From positions 96,001 through 160,000 of the IMG/VR virus record IMGVR_UViG_3300022745_000018: 64,000 bases of DNA; one strand, given 5' to 3'. Position 1 is the stretch's first letter; every line of letters begins with the position of its first letter. This DNA is from a virus. The notes beneath the pieces are model-generated. The model searched no databases, was not told the DNA's origin, and saw nothing but the letters and a program-made list of their open reading frames with translations. Positions 47,660 through 56,090 of the stretch are shown here, piece after piece. The position numbers and the translations under genes were made by a program.

Positions 47660-48619
47660 TTAGAATCCAGAAATAATAGGTTGATCTTTTGTGTAGACAC
47701 GACGTCTATCAATGAGTTCAAGTTCCTTGAATGTAAGACTTAATGTCTTGACGACAGGTGAACCATCTGGTAAAGTTGCCCACTGCCCCATCGGACTGTA
47801 GTTGGTCGAAACGTTCGTGCATGCACAGGTTGCAATTCTGGGAACGTTTGGGTTATCTTTACTACCATGAATGAAACTGATTTCAAATTCACCAGGGAAC
47901 AGATAGAACATCCTATTTGCCTCAAGTTCGGGTAGCGAATAGAAACGGAATGTCTCAATGATTCGATTGACTGCTTCCGATTCTTGCTGCGATTTTGGGG
48001 CTAACATGAATCTAAAGTTGAATGTCCTTCTAGAGAAACCGTTATAAAGCAGTTCCTTCTTGGGATTCACGATGTTTCTGTTTGCAGCCAATAGATCTCT
48101 CGACGACGTTATCTGACCTGCGCCTACTGCTCCACCAACAGCATTGAACCCTTTCTGCTGCAGATCGTAGATGATGGACTTGGCCAAACCACCAACAGTA
48201 TTCCCAACACCAACGTTGGCGGTATCCGCGAATTTTGTTAGAGCAGATTGATCGTGTTCCTGATACTCGATGTTAGTCTCAACCGAATGGTCTTCTGGCA
48301 TCGGTAGAATGATGGATTTTTCGACACGGACCATTTCCTTCTGTTGCACCCATCGTGTCGCGATTACTGAATTTGTGTCATATTTCTCTAAGACTGTTTT
48401 ATCAGCGGGCATTCTATATGTAGGCACTGACGAAATACCAGTACCCAAACGTTCCGTCGTAACGAATACTGGTTGCTCACTAGTATCATCCCTCAACTTG
48501 GATGCCGATGTAGTATTGTTAATTTTGAATAGCACATACTGAGCTGGATTGCCGACTGTGTCAATGTCAGAATGTCCTAGTGTCAGTGGATAGCTTAGGA
48601 TTTTGGAAGTGTTAGTCAT
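47660..48619 (-). CDS. 48: baseplate tail-tube cap gp48
   Basis: I.LPMP, NP..ELLY.G...R.F.F.F...PKS..E, L.F.E.E. Confidence 0.9.
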   Translation of the reverse strand: MTNTSKILSYPLTLGHSDIDTVGNPAQYVLFKINNTTSASKLRDDTSEQPVFVTTERLGTGISSVPTYRMPADKTVLEKYDTNSVIATRWVQQKEMVRVEKSIILPMPEDHSVETNIEYQEHDQSALTKFADTANVGVGNTVGGLAKSIIYDLQQKGFNAVGGAVGAGQITSSRDLLAANRNIVNPKKELLYNGFSRRTFNFRFMLAPKSQQESEAVNRIIETFRFYSLPELEANRMFYLFPGEFEISFIHGSKDNPNVPRIATCACTNVSTNYSPMGQWATLPDGSPVVKTLSLTFKELELIDRRRVYTKDQPIISGF

Positions 48620-48627
48620 TATTGACC

Positions 48628-48662
48628 ATTAAATTTTGTTATAGTACTATAGAGAATTTAAT
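48628..48662. promoter_or_regulatory. divergent late promoter pair (ATTAAATT on both strands) around palindrome TATAGTACTATA
   Basis: Plus copy 48628-48635, minus copy 48655-48662, between divergent genes 48 and 54. Confidence 0.68.
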
Positions 48663-48668
48663 AGGATC

Positions 48669-49310
48669 ATGTCAAGTTTCAAAGAATTTCGAGCTGAATT
48701 GTCGAAGCGCAATGTAGCTCGGTTGAATCAATATGAGGTTGTGATCAATCCACCTCCAGGGTTTGCGGTAGATTCTGACATCCTGAAGTTGATCAATATG
48801 TGGTGTTCGTTTGCGTCTACCCCACAGACCAGCATCTTCACAAATGATTCGTATGTTGAAGCTGGTAATCGTCGGAAGTTTGCATATAACCATGATACGA
48901 ATAATCTCTTCTTGCACTTCTATGGCGATCAAGACAACAAGATCAAAGACTTTTTCAACCAATGGATTGATTCAATTACTCCAAGGAATCGCAGATTTGC
49001 ATGGCCAGATTCATATACGTCTGACTCAATCGTTGTCTATGTTCTAAACCGCGAAAGCGAAAGAGTCTATCAGTACAAATATGCTCGTTGTTTTCCGAAG
49101 ATGATCACATCCGTTGAATTCGGTCACGGATCAAACAATCATGCATTGCAGTTCGGTGTGGAGTTTGTCTTTGAATGGGTCGAATGCAATGACATGGGTC
49201 CGAAAGATCTTCTACCGAGAACGATGCCGAGTAAATCAGAAAACATCGAAGTCCAGCAGACTCAACCGATGCCAGATTATCGTGACTATAACTATCTAAA
49301 TGGAGCTTAA
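48669..49310 (+). CDS. 54: tail tube initiator gp54 (gp19-fold)
   Basis: AR.N.YEV.I, C.....P, F..W.D.I, FP..I; precedes gp26. Confidence 0.75.
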   Translation: MSSFKEFRAELSKRNVARLNQYEVVINPPPGFAVDSDILKLINMWCSFASTPQTSIFTNDSYVEAGNRRKFAYNHDTNNLFLHFYGDQDNKIKDFFNQWIDSITPRNRRFAWPDSYTSDSIVVYVLNRESERVYQYKYARCFPKMITSVEFGHGSNNHALQFGVEFVFEWVECNDMGPKDLLPRTMPSKSENIEVQQTQPMPDYRDYNYLNGA

Positions 49311-49314
49311 GTGA

Positions 49315-50004
49315 ATGACCAAGATTATTCAACCGACATACGTGACAACTCAACCATCGACTGGTAAGAAGATTCAATATAGACCTTATACCATCAAAGA
49401 AGAGAAGGCTCTACTATATGCTTTGCAAGACGGCTCTCTAGATGCCATCGTTGCCGCCATCAAGAATACCGTAAATGCTTGCACTGAGGGTGCACTGGAT
49501 CCATCTATTGCGCCTTACTACGACGCTGAATATGTATTCCTGCAGATCAGATCAAAGTCAGTTGGCGAAGTGGTGGACCTGAAGGGTGGATGTGACGAAG
49601 GTAAACCCGGCGAAACGGATTTCACGGTCGACATTCAAGATATCGTGATTGAACCTAAACCGGAAAGTCATATCGTCATCAAGATTCCACAATCGAACTA
49701 CACCGTCAAGTTCAGACATCCAACAATTGACGAATTTGCTAGCATCTATGAATCTGGTGGTGAAAATGCTAGTGATGTCATTGCATCATGTTTGGTATCT
49801 GTTTATACCGACGACGAATCGTTCGACTGGTCCACTCAAGAGAAGATTGATTTTGTGGATTCCATGAATCCGATCCAGCAGAAACAGATCGCCGCTTGGA
49901 TGGCGAACATGCCGAAGATCAAACTGACTGGGTCTTACACATGTAAGGGTTGCGGCAAACTACACACAAAAACGGTTTCTGGATTCCAGAATTTTTTCGT
50001 CTAA
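49315..50004 (+). CDS. 26: baseplate hub assembly protein gp26
   Basis: P.Y....PSTGK.I.YRP...KEEK.LL, D.EY.FL.IRSKSVGE, CxxC, C-terminal G.QNFF. Confidence 0.93.
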   Translation: MTKIIQPTYVTTQPSTGKKIQYRPYTIKEEKALLYALQDGSLDAIVAAIKNTVNACTEGALDPSIAPYYDAEYVFLQIRSKSVGEVVDLKGGCDEGKPGETDFTVDIQDIVIEPKPESHIVIKIPQSNYTVKFRHPTIDEFASIYESGGENASDVIASCLVSVYTDDESFDWSTQEKIDFVDSMNPIQQKQIAAWMANMPKIKLTGSYTCKGCGKLHTKTVSGFQNFFV

Positions 50005-50186
50005 CGGTTGATAGAATTTCTTTGAGTGATAGTCTATCAGCCGCTCACATCTTACGTTATCACTTCAAGTATGATGGTCAGACAATTGACCAGATGCTGC
50101 CATGGGAAATGGATGTGGAACTGTCCATGATTCATAGATCATTGAAACAAGAATTAGCTGCTCGTGGTGTTGGTGTAGACGGTTGA
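49992..50186 (+). CDS. 51: baseplate hub assembly chaperone gp51-like (start uncertain, possibly reached by -1 frameshift)
   Basis: H..Y....I..M.PWE.D motif; follows gp26; no AUG before the conserved region. Confidence 0.78.
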   Translation, partial: FFRLTVDRISLSDSLSAAHILRYHFKYDGQTIDQMLPWEMDVELSMIHRSLKQELAARGVGVDG

Positions 50187-50284
50187 TAGAGACATCCAGA
50201 ATCTCACCAGATCACATCCAGAATTCTGTATGATAGATACCATCGGTACAATTCGTGAGCCTCTAGAACTCATCTAGAAAAAGC

Positions 50285-50318
50285 AAAAAAAAAACGGAGT
50301 CAGTTTCCCAACTCCGTT
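50285..50318 (-). terminator. intrinsic terminator
   Basis: AACGGAGT/ACTCCGTT stem followed by a 10 nt T run on the minus strand. Confidence 0.85.
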
Positions 50319-50354
50319 AAAGGCCAGTTTTACCTGGCATCGACAACTAACAAC

Positions 50355-51281
50355 TCATTCGTTCGTCAGAACGTAATCCACCATCGATTCAAAGTCTGGG
50401 TGCTTCTCATATGTTTGAGCGATTCGCACGACTTGAATCAAAGAACGCAGCGACAGATCCTTGACATTGTCCTTGTATTTGTATTTGTATAGAACATCCA
50501 GAGCAAGTTTCTTGATATTCTGATCGGCTTCCGGCATGAAGTCTTGTTCGTAAGCAATCTTGGTCATCCGGATCATCTTCTCTTCAGTTGTCATAGACAC
50601 ATCGATGACGATAGACCGAGTACGGAGAGCTTGCGAAAGCTTGCGTTTGTCCATGTTCGTGATAAAGATGATGCCGCCAGTGAATCGGAACGAACGTGGC
50701 AGATCATCACCGAAGATTGATTCTGCATTCCACGAAACGATACGTTCGTCACAAGAATCGCATACGGCTTTCAGAAGATTGGAAGCAGTTTCGTCGCGGA
50801 GAACAGAATCACAATCATCGAATAGAAGAATGGAATCTTTGTTTTCGTAGAGAGTGCGATAGAGTGCTTTTGCAGTTGAATGTCCTTTCACTGCACGGAA
50901 ACGTTTGTGTGGAAGACGTTCACCTGCATTAAACGATTCGGTGTTAGAAACATCTGTCAGACCAGCAGCTTTCAGTGCTTTTATGACGGTGACTGATTTT
51001 CCGAGACCACCGGGTCCTGCGATGATGACGGACGGTTGACTCTTATCGGCAACCATCGTAACGAAGTTGGTGATGAATTGGAAGCGGAGGTTGACATCAT
51101 ATTTGTTGGATGTCATGTCTTCCTCAAAGCTTTCCTTTGAAGCTTGGACCGTTTCACCGGATCCGTCAATCTGACTTGCTCGCCATGTGATGTACGATTC
51201 ACGTTTAGACGAATAGCGTTTGCCGTTAGGAGCAACGCAGAACCATTCGCCGGTTTTGTTATCAAATTGAACTTTAGCCAT
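50355..51281 (-). CDS. AAA+ family ATPase
   Basis: GPGGLGKS Walker A, LLFDDCD Walker B, IIFITN sensor 1, ALRTRS Arg finger, SLR sensor 2. Confidence 0.9.
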   Translation of the reverse strand: MAKVQFDNKTGEWFCVAPNGKRYSSKRESYITWRASQIDGSGETVQASKESFEEDMTSNKYDVNLRFQFITNFVTMVADKSQPSVIIAGPGGLGKSVTVIKALKAAGLTDVSNTESFNAGERLPHKRFRAVKGHSTAKALYRTLYENKDSILLFDDCDSVLRDETASNLLKAVCDSCDERIVSWNAESIFGDDLPRSFRFTGGIIFITNMDKRKLSQALRTRSIVIDVSMTTEEKMIRMTKIAYEQDFMPEADQNIKKLALDVLYKYKYKDNVKDLSLRSLIQVVRIAQTYEKHPDFESMVDYVLTNE

Positions 51282-51314
51282 TTTGCAATTCCTTGTTTGT
51301 TTGTCGATAGGTGA

Positions 51315-51345
51315 ATTGTATATTGACTATCTTTATGTAGTTGTT
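51315..51345 (-). promoter_or_regulatory. class B promoter (AACAACTACAT-N14-TACAAT)
   Basis: Motif family member. Confidence 0.8.
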
Positions 51346-51586
51346 ATGTTCGATGGTTCCACTTTTCTACGCACTCAGCTTCGGTATCTCCATTCATCTG
51401 TGCACCACATCCACCATGAATTTCCAAACAATTCATTGTATAGCACCATTGTTCTTTTGGTGCATCTCTAAACGAAACATATTCACGGCCGTTAGAGTTC
51501 TCGATCCAACCGACACCCGAAGGATGCAGGGTGTCTCTGTCGGTCATGTCGTCTGGTTCTTTACCGCAGAATGGGCAATTTTTCAT
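51344..51586 (-). CDS. Lar-family (restriction alleviation-like) zinc-finger protein
   Basis: CPFCG ... C....GGCGA ... KWN.R; start moved to MKNCPFCG. Confidence 0.75.
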   Translation of the reverse strand: MKNCPFCGKEPDDMTDRDTLHPSGVGWIENSNGREYVSFRDAPKEQWCYTMNCLEIHGGCGAQMNGDTEAECVEKWNHRT

Positions 51587-51942
51587 TTCAGCAGAATCTT
51601 TGCGTTGTTTGCAACTGCACCGCATGTAATTGCATTGGCGATCAAGCGGCTCTCATCGTTCACTTTGTCTGATGCTAGAGCCCAAGCGATCGCGGCTTTA
51701 AATGCAACGAAAACACCAAAGCCGTGAGACATCAAACCTTTCATTAGAGGATTACCCTCTACACCAACTCCAGAAGAAATTGCTAATTTGGTGGTGATCA
51801 CGTCAGCTGCTTGGCATCCAACTGCAGCTTCTTTGCTACCGCCAATTCTAACAACTGATTGAGTTAGTGTTTCGTTTGGTGGTACACTCCCACAGCCAAA
51901 CAAGAATAGGGATAGTAAGATGACTGTGATAACTTTTTTCAT
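51583..51942 (-). CDS. lipoprotein with DUF5658-like membrane domain
   Basis: Lipobox LFGC; D..TT......G.E.NP.M motif; GGAGG RBS; ATTAAATT upstream at 51962-51969. Confidence 0.7.
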   Translation of the reverse strand: MKKVITVILLSLFLFGCGSVPPNETLTQSVVRIGGSKEAAVGCQAADVITTKLAISSGVGVEGNPLMKGLMSHGFGVFVAFKAAIAWALASDKVNDESRLIANAITCGAVANNAKILLK

Positions 51943-51968
51943 TTGATGCCTCCGATCACGAAATTTAA

Positions 51969-52397
51969 TCAGTCTCGTAGCCAAACATTCCAGTTATCAC
52001 CATCGTCATCGTCCTCATCGTATTCTGAAGAATCATCAATGTAGATTTCATTCCCAAATTCGATTTTACTGGCTCGGACAAGTTCAAAGTCTTCCTTGAA
52101 TTCGTAGACGGTCCCATATGAATTTAGATCACCAAAATCATCGCATGCATCCCATTCTTTCAAATCATCGAACAAGATGCAGCCAATGGAACCAGAATCA
52201 ACTGCGAAACGAATCCCCAAATTTGATACATAGAGTCCATCACCGTTTTGTGTAGAAACCATCGCGAATTTGCGACCATCCGGCAATTCATATTCATTGT
52301 TTTCATTCTGCTTGAGGAAGAACGTCCCATGAACAGCATCCCACCCGGTAGGGAAAACATAACAGAGATCACCAACGAAATATTTACCAGCTTTCAT
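51969..52397 (-). CDS. acidic hypothetical phage protein
   Basis: G.YFVGD.CYV, T..GDG.Y, VDSG.IG.I pattern. Confidence 0.75.
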   Translation of the reverse strand: MKAGKYFVGDLCYVFPTGWDAVHGTFFLKQNENNEYELPDGRKFAMVSTQNGDGLYVSNLGIRFAVDSGSIGCILFDDLKEWDACDDFGDLNSYGTVYEFKEDFELVRASKIEFGNEIYIDDSSEYDEDDDDGDNWNVWLRD

Positions 52398-52399
52398 TT

Positions 52400-52906
52400 T
52401 CAGACTCCTTTGGAAAAATCAACGGGCGAAACTTCAATTCTTGGCGTCTGATTGACGATCTTCACCAATGCTTCTATTTTAGTATCAGAGGCATAGAAGT
52501 TGGTCCAACTATCGAACATCTCATCATCAAGTTGAGCTTCAAATTCTTGCTGACGTAAGATGGTCGCTTTTTCTTTGTTCGTGTACTTGACGCCATGAAT
52601 GAATTCTGCGAAAGTGAACTGATCTTGTTCATGCTTCTTGATTTCCGCAATTACTTTATGTGAGAATTTGAATAGACGAACATTCATCAAATCATCAACA
52701 TACATCCAACCACCGAACTTACTCTTGTTGGAACCAGCACACACTTTCCATCCGTGGTTGTGACATTTCTTGTCATAGTACGGTTTGCCGAAAACATCAA
52801 CGATTTCATACCAGTAATGACCGCGGTAGTTGACGACACAGCGAATGTATTTACCAGCCTTGAGAGTTTTTTGCGTTACTGGTTTCAAGTATTTTGGTTT
52901 AGACAT
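52400..52906 (-). CDS. hypothetical protein
   Basis: AAGGAG RBS, operon packing. Confidence 0.7.
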   Translation of the reverse strand: MSKPKYLKPVTQKTLKAGKYIRCVVNYRGHYWYEIVDVFGKPYYDKKCHNHGWKVCAGSNKSKFGGWMYVDDLMNVRLFKFSHKVIAEIKKHEQDQFTFAEFIHGVKYTNKEKATILRQQEFEAQLDDEMFDSWTNFYASDTKIEALVKIVNQTPRIEVSPVDFSKGV

Positions 52907-53123
52907 TTTGAACTCCTTGGGAAACCTTCAAGCAATCTTCGCATGAACACGGAATGACTTCCGCTTTGATTGCTGCACGCATTTCTGACTCGGTATCAAA
53001 TCCGCGAGTGTGTACGACTTCGTCGCTGAAACGAAACCCGCGAGGTAGATTCAAGATGATTGAACCCGGCTCGTCTGTATCAACATCACGAGCGAAATTC
53101 AGTTTGTACTTTGGGGCTTTCAT
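52899..53123 (-). CDS. hypothetical protein
   Basis: First gene after a class B promoter; CxCxxC at the C-terminus. Confidence 0.7.
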   Translation of the reverse strand: MKAPKYKLNFARDVDTDEPGSIILNLPRGFRFSDEVVHTRGFDTESEMRAAIKAEVIPCSCEDCLKVSQGVQNV

Positions 53124-53150
53124 AATTCAATCCTTGTTGTCGATGATTGA

Positions 53151-53181
53151 ATTATATTTAGTCTTAGATTATGTAGTTGTT
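53151..53181 (-). promoter_or_regulatory. class B promoter (AACAACTACAT-N14-TATAAT)
   Basis: Motif family member. Confidence 0.8.
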
Positions 53182-53447
53182 TGAGGAGCCGCCTTCACCA
53201 TCGCCATGTAAATGATTGTAGCTCGTGTACCTTTGGATGGTACTGAATCAAGATTCTTCATTTCCGGCTCTTCTTTCAACCAATCTGGAATTTGACGGCC
53301 GCAAAGGCGAAGGTGCTCAAAGAGATTTCGTGGAGTCTTCTTGCCACCGCCTTCGTACATGTCCATCCACATGACGATGTCTCTAGCAAGCCCACCCCAT
53401 CGTTCTTCGGTTGGGGCGATCGGTACGAGTTTCATTTCATTAGACAT
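53169..53447 (-). CDS. hypothetical protein
   Basis: KLVP..PTE ... Y.AM..AAP flanks typical of small phage accessory proteins. Confidence 0.7.
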   Translation of the reverse strand: MSNEMKLVPIAPTEERWGGLARDIVMWMDMYEGGGKKTPRNLFEHLRLCGRQIPDWLKEEPEMKNLDSVPSKGTRATIIYMAMVKAAPQTTT

Positions 53448-53716
53448 TTTGGTGTATATCCGTTCTTCAGTTTGCCGGTTGTTTTATCGATGTTTTCGTG
53501 AATTCCTAGAATGTCACTTCTAAATGTCTTTGAATCAGAATTCAATAGACCTTCAAGATCTAACTTGGAACCATTGCAATGGCATGCTTCGATGGCCATC
53601 ATTAGTCCCAATTTACTGATACTTGATACATACTCACGGCAGTTCCTATCCACTATTTTGTTGATAATCACTGCTTCCACCTCGGTTGCTTCAAAACGAA
53701 CTGTCATTCTAATCAC
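53432..53716 (-). CDS. DUF6874-like protein
   Basis: ACH.NG..LDL..LL..D...F..DI.GI..NID..TG.L pattern. Confidence 0.7.
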   Translation of the reverse strand: MIRMTVRFEATEVEAVIINKIVDRNCREYVSSISKLGLMMAIEACHCNGSKLDLEGLLNSDSKTFRSDILGIHENIDKTTGKLKNGYTPKCLMK

Positions 53717-54228
53717 TTCCCGAGTACTTTTGGTTCGGCTGCTTTCTCAAAATCGTCGTGTAATTTGTTCACTATACCAGCGATCGCTTCTTGTCTACCG
53801 AGTTTTCGCGCACCACGAACGGTGTTTGTAATATATTCACCGAAGTTTTCGTTCGTCAAATTGAACGTATCCCAACCACACCATGTACGAGCTTTTTCTA
53901 GACTCTCTTGAGCCCAACTCATAACAGAGATCATGTTCATGTTGATCTCAGATGCAGTTTTGTGCTGTTGAATGGATTGGATGATCGAGTGATAGATGTC
54001 ACAGAGTTTTGGATTTGTCGCAGCTTTTTCGCCATCAAGAGCAACCGCGATCTCTTTCACCATTCGATCGATGTCTTCTGCTTTATACCAACGTCCTTCA
54101 CTGATTTCGTCAAGTTCATCACTACGAATATCTACAGCGAACTTAAGCAGCTGTTCTTCAGTCATGACATAGATCGGTTGTCCACCCACAAGTTGTGACT
54201 TTGGTGCATGTTTAAGATAGTCTGTCAT
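53713..54228 (-). CDS. hypothetical protein
   Basis: AAGGA RBS, ATGA overlap. Confidence 0.7.
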   Translation of the reverse strand: MTDYLKHAPKSQLVGGQPIYVMTEEQLLKFAVDIRSDELDEISEGRWYKAEDIDRMVKEIAVALDGEKAATNPKLCDIYHSIIQSIQQHKTASEINMNMISVMSWAQESLEKARTWCGWDTFNLTNENFGEYITNTVRGARKLGRQEAIAGIVNKLHDDFEKAAEPKVLGK

Positions 54229-54656
54229 TTCAGTTCCTTATTTTCTATTTGTGCTGCTGAATGTTTTGATCTGATGGCATCAACCAAATCAGCAGCGGCA
54301 GCAAGCTTCTTTAGATTCCGTTCACGAAGTTTTCTTTCAATTGCATTGAGATTGTCTCGCATGAAATCGATTGTCGGTAGTTCGCTGTTGTCTTGAGCTT
54401 CACCATCATCCATGTATGGCTTGTTTGCCGTCGCCACACAGAGCATTCTACGAAGACGTTTCTCTCGAGCAACTTGATCGGCCATCAGAATTTCTAATTT
54501 TTCGATAGCATCAGCTGCTTCACGGACAAGAGCAACATTGAATTCATAGCTGGGTTGAGCAACTTTACCACCTAGATCTTGCAGAAACACGACATCGTAC
54601 TCGCAAGATTTGAGAGCATCCACCACAACACCAATCAGTTTTTCTGCTTCTTTCAT
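54225..54656 (-). CDS. hypothetical protein
   Basis: Contains YMDDGEAQD...IDF.RD motif seen in phage accessory proteins. Confidence 0.7.
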   Translation of the reverse strand: MKEAEKLIGVVVDALKSCEYDVVFLQDLGGKVAQPSYEFNVALVREAADAIEKLEILMADQVAREKRLRRMLCVATANKPYMDDGEAQDNSELPTIDFMRDNLNAIERKLRERNLKKLAAAADLVDAIRSKHSAAQIENKELK

Positions 54657-55060
54657 TCCAGTTCCTTCAATTGTTTTTCCAACGAAACGATCAATTCACC
54701 ATATCGTTTCACTTCATCGTTAGCCTTTTGGAGACACCGTGCAGCAACACCACGTTGTTCTTGAAGTGAATAGATTTCCGCGGCTTTAATCGGATCATCT
54801 GCAATAATGACTGAAATCGGGACGTACATTGAATTGGACGAATAACAACCGCGAACGAAGTACGAAGTATCAATAAGAACTTCATTGTCACCGATTTCAA
54901 TGGCAACTACAGTATCACTACAGATACGTGGTTCACCGAGAGCACGCAAGACATCATCAATTCTGTTAATCCACTCACCGATATCAGGATATCTGTATTT
55001 GGCTACTTGATCTGCTGCCTCTCTAGTCAGTTCGTATAAAGTTTTAGTTTCTGATGTCAT
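54653..55060 (-). CDS. hypothetical protein
   Basis: ATGA overlaps on both sides. Confidence 0.7.
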   Translation of the reverse strand: MTSETKTLYELTREAADQVAKYRYPDIGEWINRIDDVLRALGEPRICSDTVVAIEIGDNEVLIDTSYFVRGCYSSNSMYVPISVIIADDPIKAAEIYSLQEQRGVAARCLQKANDEVKRYGELIVSLEKQLKELE

Positions 55061-55440
55061 TTTGATCCCCGAGCAGAGAGTGAATAACCATGACCGTCTT
55101 TAGTCAGACCAGATGATGACATCAGCCACCCAGCCTCTCGCAAAATCAGCACAACTTCTGGCAATACTTTACGCTCAAGACGAACAAACAATTTGCATCT
55201 GGAAAGGCATTCTTGAATTTGGTCGACTTGGGTTCTAATAAGTGCGTCGTAAAATTCTTTGGGGCTGATGATTTTCGTTGGAGATTCTTTTGTTGTAGAC
55301 TCTCCACGAGCTGACTCTACACCCGCCTTAAATGCATCACAATACAAATCATCAAGTACTTGTAATTGAATGATGGCTGTGTTTACATTAGCTATCTCAG
55401 CTTGAGCTGCTAAGATACGATCAATTCTTTCTTGACTCAT
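55057..55440 (-). CDS. hypothetical protein
   Basis: First gene after a class B promoter. Confidence 0.7.
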   Translation of the reverse strand: MSQERIDRILAAQAEIANVNTAIIQLQVLDDLYCDAFKAGVESARGESTTKESPTKIISPKEFYDALIRTQVDQIQECLSRCKLFVRLERKVLPEVVLILREAGWLMSSSGLTKDGHGYSLSARGSK

Positions 55441-55465
55441 TTCGTACTTTCGTTGACATGAATGA

Positions 55466-55496
55466 ATTTTATTTCATTCATCAACATGTGGTTGAA
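55466..55496 (-). promoter_or_regulatory. class B promoter (TTCAACCACAT-N14-TAAAAT)
   Basis: Motif family member. Confidence 0.75.
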
Positions 55497-55674
55497 TCTC
55501 ACCACTCTTAAACTTGTCTATGCGCCGATCCAATTCAGCATCAATATGATCTTTCAGCGCCGCCAACAAATCAAACTTTGCCAATTGGAGGCTTCTTTCG
55601 GTGACTGTAATGGCAAAGCTGATCTCATCCGTCCACGAATCGTCGGTGCCAATTAGCATATATGTTCGCATCAA
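55474..55674 (-). CDS. hypothetical protein
   Basis: GAGG RBS, operon packing. Confidence 0.6.
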   Translation of the reverse strand: MMRTYMLIGTDDSWTDEISFAITVTERSLQLAKFDLLAALKDHIDAELDRRIDKFKSGEIQPHVDE

Positions 55675-56090
55675 ACCTCAACCCATTTTTCATTCACCAC
55701 TTTGCGAGCAACGACTCTACACACATCAACGATTTCTGGAGAAGACTCTTCAGATGAGATTCTGTGTGTGATTTTCCGGTGCTCGTTAGTTGGTTTGTGA
55801 AGCACTACAGTTTCACCTCTTCGTTCCCTACCAACATTGCTGTAATGAAACCAGGGACCTTCGTTGACGATTTCAATGGAATCTGACTCAGCCTCGTAAA
55901 GAGTGACGATGTCGTCTTCTGCAATATCAGAATGAGTCACTTCTTGATTGTTGGTGAATCCGTTCTTCTTCAAGAACTCATCAATAACTCTTGAAGCAAA
56001 AACATCGGCAAATTCTCGAATACCGCACATCCCAGAGTCAATTAGTTCTATTTCCTCTGGTGTTAGATGGATGAATTTAGTCATAGTCAT
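55671..56090 (-). CDS. hypothetical protein
   Basis: Operon packing. Confidence 0.65.
   Translation of the reverse strand: MTMTKFIHLTPEEIELIDSGMCGIREFADVFASRVIDEFLKKNGFTNNQEVTHSDIAEDDIVTLYEAESDSIEIVNEGPWFHYSNVGRERRGETVVLHKPTNEHRKITHRISSEESSPEIVDVCRVVARKVVNEKWVEV

Noticed and set aside
50474-50490. GTATTT tandem repeat (KYKYK) in the AAA+ gene
   Set aside because: A single in-frame 6 bp duplication with no evident consequence.
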